Below, piece by piece: positions 13,317-15,903 of a stretch of 15,903 nt of DNA. Within the stretch, counting starts at the first letter, position 1. Every line of letters begins with the position of its first letter. The stretch spans positions 1 to 15,903 of the forward strand of contig CAXHJY010000815.1 of NCBI GenBank assembly GCA_964016885.1. The letters run 5' to 3'. The translations under genes were made by a program, and so were the position numbers. Origin of the DNA: Eledone cirrhosa. Taxonomy: Eukaryota. The notes under the pieces are model-generated. The model saw only the letters and a program-made list of their open reading frames with translations. It had not been told where the DNA came from and did not search any database.

Positions 13317-15903
13317 TCAGCATGTACCCATGGGAGGTCGGGTACCCTGTATTACTGCGTGACGCCAGAAGTCACGGTCGTGTGTCATTGACTTTGAGAG
13401 GTGTAGTTGGGTAAGGTCGGCTTTTATCACCTCATCCCAAGTCATCTTGGGTCTCCCCACTCCGCGGTTTCCATCAACTTCTAGTGCTCTGCACCTTTTT
13501 ATGCAGCTGTCATCCTTCATACGCATCACATGTCCATACCAGCGTAACCGCCTCTCCTGCACGCAGCATTTGATTCCTCTTATGCTCAGTCTCTCTCTCA
13601 ATTCCTTTATGCTTTGTCGTTCACGTATATTACTGTTACACATCCATCGGAGCATGCAGGCTTCGTTTCTCTCTAATCTACGTAAGTCTTCCACCTTCAG
13701 CGCCCAGGTCTCACTACCATGCAACATCGCTGTTCGGATACACGCATCATACAGTCTGCCTTTCATTCTGAGGGAGAAGCCTTTTGCAGCTAGCAGTGGT
13801 AGTAGTTCCCTAAACTTCTTCCATCCCGTTCTTACCCTAGTTATTGTACTTTCTGAGCACCCACCTCCGTTGCTAATTCGGTCACCTAGGTAGCAGAAGC
13901 TGTCTACTGTTTCTACAGGGCCCTCCCAGAGATTGGTGGTACTTGTTTCCTGTGGCTGTTTGCTTGCTGTTTCAGCGCAGCTGCTGCATGTGAATCCTAC
14001 ATTCTTAATTAAGCTTCCTGAGATCCCGCTACATCTCTTGTGTACCCATTGTTTGCATTTGGGGCAAAGAATGGAGTTCCTACCTACACCTTTCCTACAT
14101 ACTGAGCAAGGCCATTTCCCTGAGGGGATCTGGGTTCTGTTTTCTCGTCTACTTATAAGGACCTTAGTCTTTGTCATGTTGACTTTGAGGCCCTTTCTCT
14201 CTAGTCCCTGCTTCCAGGTTTGGAATTTATTCTCTAGTTCTACCATAGATTCAGCTATGAGTGCGAGGTCATCAGCATACAGGAGTTCCCATGGGCATCT
14301 GGTCTTAAACTCCTCCGTTATTGCCTGCAGGACTATGATGAACAGGAGAGGGCTAAGAACAGAGCCCTGGTGGACCCCAACCTGTACGCTAAATTCCTCG
14401 CTATACTCATTGCCAATCCTAACTTTGCTGACTGCTCCCCTATACATGGCTTGTACCGCTTTCACAAGCCATTCATCTACTCCTAGTTTTCTAAGAGCCC
14501 ACCAGATTACTGCACGTGGAACTCTGTCAAAGGCTTTCTCAAGGTCGACAAATGCCAAGTAGAGTGGCTTACTTTTAGCTAGGTACTTTTCCTGTAATTG
14601 CCTCACAAGGAAGAGCGCATCAGTGGTGCCTTTCCCTGGTACAAACCCAAATTGCATCTCGTCTATATTCACCCGGTCCCTAATCAGCTGTGCTATAACT
14701 CTTTCTGTTACTTTCATGACCTGGTCCATCAACTTTATACCTCTATAGTTTCCTCTATCTAGTGCATCGCCTTTACCTTTGTAGCAGTTGACAATGATGC
14801 TACTGCACCAATCTTTTGGTATGGCCCCCTCTAGTATTACCTGGTTAACGATACGTGTGGTTATAGTGTGACCTACAGACCCAGATGCCTTCAGCATCTC
14901 GGCAGCTATACCCGATGGACCGGTTGCCTTCCCTATCTTCATATCTCTGATTGCCTTACTTACTACGCTGCCGCTGACTTGTACTGCTGGTCCCTCTATA
15001 GGGTCTACGTGGGGTAGGGTCTCTTCTTCCCATGCATTCTCCTCATTTAGTAATCTATCATAATGACTCTTCCATGCATCTTTCTTCTCAGCACTTGTGA
15101 GGGCAAGCTCACCTTTATCATTCCGGATACACTTCTCTCCAATGACATCACAACTATCTCTGACACACTGCCTCGCAATCTTGAATACCTCCTGTTTCTG
15201 GTCCTCACGTTGTAAAACATGCTTGAATTTTCTATCCTCTGCTTCCCTCCTAGCTAAGTATACTTGTCGCCTAGCTTCCCTCTTGGTCTCTATGTAATGT
15301 ACCCTGCTCCCCCCGTTCTTCCATTCTTTCCATGCCTGTCTCTTGGCCTTGACTGCTTCATCTACCTTATTGTTCCACCACCAAGTCACTCTCCTCCTGC
15401 TTGAGGTCTTACTCCAGCCACAAACCTCATCCGTCGCCTCTAGTAAGTTATTTTTTAGGAACTCCCAGTTCTCTTCTACGTTAAATGTCTCTATCTGTTC
15501 TTCTTTACTGTCGTAGGCGTTGAGTAAAATATCTTTAAATCTGTTACTGGTTGAGGGGACTTTCAGCTTCCAGATCTTTCTTCTCCAGGTTGGCCTCTGT
15601 TTCAGGGCTCGTCTAGTTCAGACCGTGAGGTCGCTGACAACTAAGCTATGTTGGGATGTACATTCCTCACTAGGGAAGGCTTTTGTGTTTACGACCGTCC
15701 ATCTGTCACGTCCTCTGATGAGGATAAAATCTAACTGACTAGAGTGCTCCCCTGATCTATAGGTGATCAGGTGGTTGTCGGGTTTTTTAAAGTTTGTGTT
15801 ACATATCGACATGTCATTGGCGTCGCAGAATTCTAGAAGTCTGAATCCTTCCTCATTCCTTGTGCCAACTCCATGGCCTCCATGTACTCTATTGAAGCCG
15901 TCG
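13317..15903 (-). pseudogene. RTE-clade non-LTR retrotransposon ORF (APE endonuclease C-terminal part + RT with inserted PHD-type finger); 5' part lies outside the window; one premature TGA at 15618-15620
   Basis: APE motifs RNEEGFRLLEFC, NTNFKK, ITYRSG, SQLDFIL, SQHSLV. RT motifs KATGPSGI, YKGKGD, NYRGIKL, QFGFVPGKGTTDA, FVDLEKAFDRV, GVHQGSVLSP, LLYADD, FCYLG. RTE C-terminal motifs HGSETW, RRLRWYGHV, GRPKMTW. ORFs 15618-15812 and 13317-15389 are in the same frame, and the gap between them is open. Confidence 0.95.
13977..14108 (-). other. C4HC3 PHD-type zinc finger inserted in the LINE RT domain
   Basis: CSVC-x10-CPKC-x4-H-x2-C-x14-CSSC, lying between YADD (14279-14268) and CYLG (13895-13884). 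Confidence 0.85.

Noticed and set aside
13091-15738. Plus-strand ORFs overlapping the LINE and SINE (also 3645-3842 and 5644-5973 over the PLE)
   Set aside because: Antisense shadows of retroelement sequence with no recognisable motifs.

Overview
Eukaryotic, very AT-rich repeat DNA with no host gene. It is probably coleoid cephalopod (Octopus-like), an inference from the SINE/LINE families and the (TA)n context. Several retroelements sit within interrupted (TA)n arrays. (1) A near-intact Penelope-like element (PLE; RT plus C-terminal GIY-YIG endonuclease, Naiad-like) on the minus strand, ~718-7260. It has a single +1 frameshift just before YRDD, a 3' UTR built from decaying tandem copies of the ORF end, and a ~1.13-kb inverted copy of that UTR at its 5' end. 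Near its 3' end is a type I hammerhead ribozyme with a palindromic mini-stem III and an unusually long (105 nt) structured stem II. (2) A tRNA-derived SINE head. (3) A short RTE-LINE 3' fragment and two SINE 3' halves that share a 3' stem-loop and (GAT)n tail. (4) A long RTE-clade LINE (APE-RT) running off the window end, with one premature stop and a C4HC3 PHD-type zinc finger inserted inside the RT domain. The Ile/Tyr-rich ORFs in the track are microsatellite artefacts.
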